The notes under the pieces were generated by a model. It saw only the letters and a program-made list of their open reading frames with translations, was not told where the DNA came from and ran no database searches. From Lama guanicoe (Eukaryota): DNA of 25,884 nucleotides. The stretch lies in assembly GCA_013239625.1 (NCBI GenBank), contig MU053684.1:114611-140494 (forward strand), given 5' to 3'. Each line of letters opens with the position of its first letter. The first letter of the stretch is position 1. The position numbers and the translations under genes are program-made. Shown piece by piece: positions 22,262 to 25,884 of the stretch.

Positions 22262-22809
22262 TGAGAAGTGATGTTAAATTTTAAAATGTAATTTGGAAAT
22301 TATTTACCAATTAACTTACCTCCTCTTAATGGAAATCGAAAACAAAATCTTGTATTTCTACACACATGATGCCTCAGGTGTCTAGAAATTAAATGAAAAG
22401 GGAGTTCTGTACTTCGAGAAAAGGATTGAATAGGACATGTAGCTGCGGAAGTCACAAGTATGTGGGTGAGAGTTGACTTCTAGAGTATGGATGGGAAATA
22501 ATATCTAGGATGAAAAGAGAAGAGAGTCTAAGACTAAATCCTAGGAAACAACATTTTAAAAGCCAGTACAAGGAGAGTCTGCAAGAAAACGAAGTGACTG
22601 AGACAGATGAATGGAAGCGTTTGGCATTACAGAGCCAAAAAGGAGAAAATGAGAAGAAGGTTATGATCAGGAAAGTTCAATTCCTCAGCTACACGAGATA
22701 TTTCACTCATGTTTGGCTGGTTATATGTCTGCATATTTATTTATATGCTACCTTATTCTAAATAACAATTTTGAACAACTCTTAAAAAATGCTATCAAAA
22801 CAGCAATGA

Positions 22810-22916
22810 AGGGGTGGGGGTAATAGCTCTGTAGTAGAATGCATCCTTAACATGCACAAGGTCCTGGGTTCAATCCCAAGTACCTCCATCCAAATAAATA
22901 AGTAAGTTAAAATAAA
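22810..22916 (+). mobile_element. Vic-1-type SINE
   Basis: ggggtgggggtaatagctctgtagtagaatgcatccttaacatgcacaaggtcctgggttcaatcccaagtacctcc plus an aaataaataa tail. Confidence 0.88.
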
Positions 22917-23079
22917 CTGAAGAGATGAAATCAAAGAGAATGAAAATATAAAATAAAATCAAGACAGAATATACATCCAAAATGTATGATTATTACATAA
23001 TATTACATATTAGAAATATGTAGGCCACAAATTGACCTGAACATCTAGCAACAAAAACGAGGAAACATAAGCAGTTATA

Positions 23080-23360
23080 CTCATTCAACAAATATTTATT
23101 AAGTAACCATAATATAACAGGCACTGTAACCTCGGGCTTTGGGGATACATGTCCCTTATGGGACTTTCCTTGTGGGGAAGACTGAAGCATCAATCAAATA
23201 ATCAGGATTAACTGCAAATTGAAATAACTGCTCCAAAGTTAAGGAACAGTATTCTGGAGACACACTAATGGAAAGCATTCCATTTAAACTGCAGAGAGAG
23301 CCTAGGCATCAACTGAATGAGTAGCAACGAACAGAGAAAGAGTTCAGGAGAGAGGGCAAG
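23080..23360 (-). mobile_element. L2 3' end
   Basis: tcattcaacaaatatttattaagtaaccataatataacaggcactgt. Confidence 0.75.
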
Positions 23361-23549
23361 GTAAAAAATAAATCTGTTTCTCCATAGTACTGTCACTGGT
23401 ATGTAGCCCTATCTTACACAAAGAGTGTGTTTCCTGGGAAGGCAAATATTATGTAAGGTCAAAGCGACCCTTGAAAATCCTTTATCTTGCTCCTCAAGTA
23501 CAGCTCCACGGCTGGGATGCACAGCCCCATGCATAAAGTAGACATATAA

Positions 23550-23655
23550 TGTGTAAAGTTTACAATAATGGACATAACCTTATACATAGGGTTGTAACAA
23601 ATGAAACATGCATTTTAAACATGAAAATCCTACTCAGTGTTTGAAAACTCAGATG
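23550..23655 (+). mobile_element. MIR remnant
   Basis: tgtaaag...ataat...catagggttgtaacaaatgaaa...tactcagtgtttgaaaactcag. Confidence 0.5.
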
Positions 23656-25554
23656 GTGAGACCTGGGGAACAGAGGTCTCATAAACGAACAAAAGTTAAC
23701 ATCTCCCTTTACACACTGAAACCAAGGCTGACTCGTCCTGAGTCAAGTGAAATAGTTTTCCATTTACACTGCTGCCTTGTTTTGCCCAGTTCTTTTTTCT
23801 TCCCTTGGCAGAAAATTCATAGTGGAACTTATTATTCTTTCTGGAATTACTCAGGCAACTAGTCCTCTTGTTTAAAAAGATTATTCCTCTTTTGTGTGGA
23901 TGATTCATATCACACGCGTACCTTTCATTCTTTTCTTTAGTTTGAGGAAAATATGCCTATAGCTCCTCCAAAAGTAACAATATCATAAAGGTACAAGACA
24001 AATGGAAGTGGGGATAAGCATAATGGAAAATATATTAACATACAGAATACTTAAAATCCACACAAACACTCCAACAATGTACTTGTGTGACTTTGTTGCT
24101 GGGCTGAACCACTTTAATGAGTTTGTCAGCGCCTCCACTACTCCTTCCACGCGCTGGGGGCAGGGCAGGGCCCCGCTTCAACCTACACTGCAATTTAGAT
24201 TTTACGTCAGTCAGAGCCCAGTCAAAAGACAGAAATCACATAAGTCATTTGAACACGGAAAATTGAGATGAGAAATTCTTAACTAGCAAAAAGTAGTTAA
24301 CTATTAAAGGAGGAAAAAAACAAACCACACTAAGGAATAGAGAAACAGCAGGTAAGGGGGCACAGCACACATTACTTTTAGGGCTGAGGCAGACACCCAA
24401 GGAAAGGAGGAATTTGGGAGAAAACACTCGTTAGAGAGGATCTGGGATTCAGAGCTTGTTGGGCAAAAGGGGACCGCAGCCCCCTGGAAACTGAAGAATT
24501 CTCTGATGTGTCACCAGCCAAGGCTGCTGGGCAGGACACCACCCACTGGAGGACTGCAAGATTCCACGGGAAGCAAGCCTCTGGAAAACAGCCTGCTGCG
24601 ATGCCAGACACGTTCACAAAAAAAGAGAGATCTTAGACCTTGTGCAGGCCACTGGCTGTCCCATCGTAGGAAGAAAAGCATCAGACTGACAAGACAAGCC
24701 CTGCCCTCTGCTATGTCCGCGGTGTCCCCTTCACTTACTGACACTGCACCACATGCGAGAGGAGATGTTTATGGGCTTCAGCTCCAGGACCACAAAGCAG
24801 GGGAAATACACGGTAGGTTGGGGACCAAGAGGCAACAAATTGATAAGGAGCACAGTCCACACTTCAGCCACTCAGCTGCCACGCAACACACTTGAACTTT
24901 CACATAATAACACAACTGTGCCTTCTCACCCATTGAGACAAAGCTCCACTTACAACTGCACAATTTCTCACCCTTCCCACAAAATGAGAAGACAGATAGT
25001 CGCAGAAATGGGAGCCAACACTGCTCCGTTATCTACTCCTCAAACACAGTCACAATGCCTTGGATCATTCTGGTCCACAAAGACTATATTAAAAACATGA
25101 CCTGCAACAACTTGAATACAAGCATAAGGGAAAGAAGAAGGGAGAGGAAGAAAATGGAACATGAACACAAATCAACACACACTCACATATATGACAAGAA
25201 AGAGAAAACACGCAAGGCTGCTAAAGTCCTCTTTCTGTCACTGGTCACAGGGCAGAATCGGGACCCGTGACTTCTTCCACTTCCCACCTTCTGTGTCTTC
25301 TCACGCAGAACCAGAGCAGGTCAGGGTTGTCCACCTGGCTGAGTGACCACACCTCCATTCCCAGAGGTCTCAGTCCTCAACAGTCCTGCTTCTCTTTCTT
25401 TGCTGTAGTTTTCCATTAACCTTTACCAAAATTTTCTCTTATGTCTTAATTCACACAGCAATTCTCTATTTTCCACTTGCTATTGACAAAAATTAAAAAC
25501 CCACATCTTTCTCCTCAATTCTTCAAATAAACAAGGTACAAGTTTTTCTTTTCA

Positions 25555-25758
25555 NNNNNNNNNNNNNNNNNNNNNNNNNNNNNNNNNNNNNNNNNNNNNN
25601 NNNNNNNNNNNNNNNNNNNNNNNNNNNNNNNNNNNNNNNNNNNNNNNNNNNNNNNNNNNNNNNNNNNNNNNNNNNNNNNNNNNNNNNNNNNNNNNNNNNN
25701 NNNNNNNNNNNNNNNNNNNNNNNNNNNNNNNNNNNNNNNNNNNNNNNNNNNNNNNNNN
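25555..25758. other. Assembly gap (204 N)
   Basis: Run of N. Confidence 1.
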
Positions 25759-25884
25759 AAAGGGGGTGGGATAAATTGGGAGTTCGACATTTTCAAATAC
25801 TAACTTCTATGTATAAAATAGATAAACAAGTTTATACTGTATAGCACAGGAAACTATATTCAATAACTTGTAGTAGCCTAGCCT
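25759..25884 (+). mobile_element. Camelid-type L1 3' UTR fragment
   Basis: gggataaattgggagttcga...aaatagataaacaag...tactgtatagcacaggaaactatattcaat, similar to 11670-11770. Confidence 0.8.

Noticed and set aside
22810..22890. tRNA-like A/B boxes as tRNA genes (also 1550-1626, 6484-6557, 9985-10058)
   Set aside because: They are dispersed diverged copies with A-rich tails, and three of the four have TSDs, so they are SINEs.
24145..24170. CTCF-like motif cgcgctgggggcag
   Set aside because: Several mismatches in the 5' half of the core; not supportable without a PWM scan.
25515..25796. 93-aa minus-strand ORF
   Set aside because: It spans the N gap and is an artefact.

Overview
AT-rich mammalian genomic DNA, very probably camelid (four Vic-1-type tRNA-derived SINEs plus one fragment). 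It is not prokaryotic or viral. The left 9.4 kb holds the 3' end of a + strand gene: several frame-preserving phase-1 micro-exons (18-27 nt) lead into a 923-nt terminal coding exon (8451-9373). That exon encodes a Lys/Glu/Asp-rich tail with a 12-aa (36-bp) tandem repeat and is followed by clustered AATAAA signals. This architecture and weak motif similarity, recalled from memory, suggest a TSBP1/C6orf10-like testis gene of the MHC class II/III border, possibly a diverged paralog. About 6 kb downstream is a small CpG island with GC boxes and a consensus minus-strand splice donor, a candidate antisense first exon. Next to it is a 1.07-kb pyrimidine-rich degenerate repeat whose units mimic 3' splice sites. 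The rest is mostly L1, L2, MIR, CR1, a hAT MITE and SINEs, plus a 204-N gap. All family names are by eye, without database searches.
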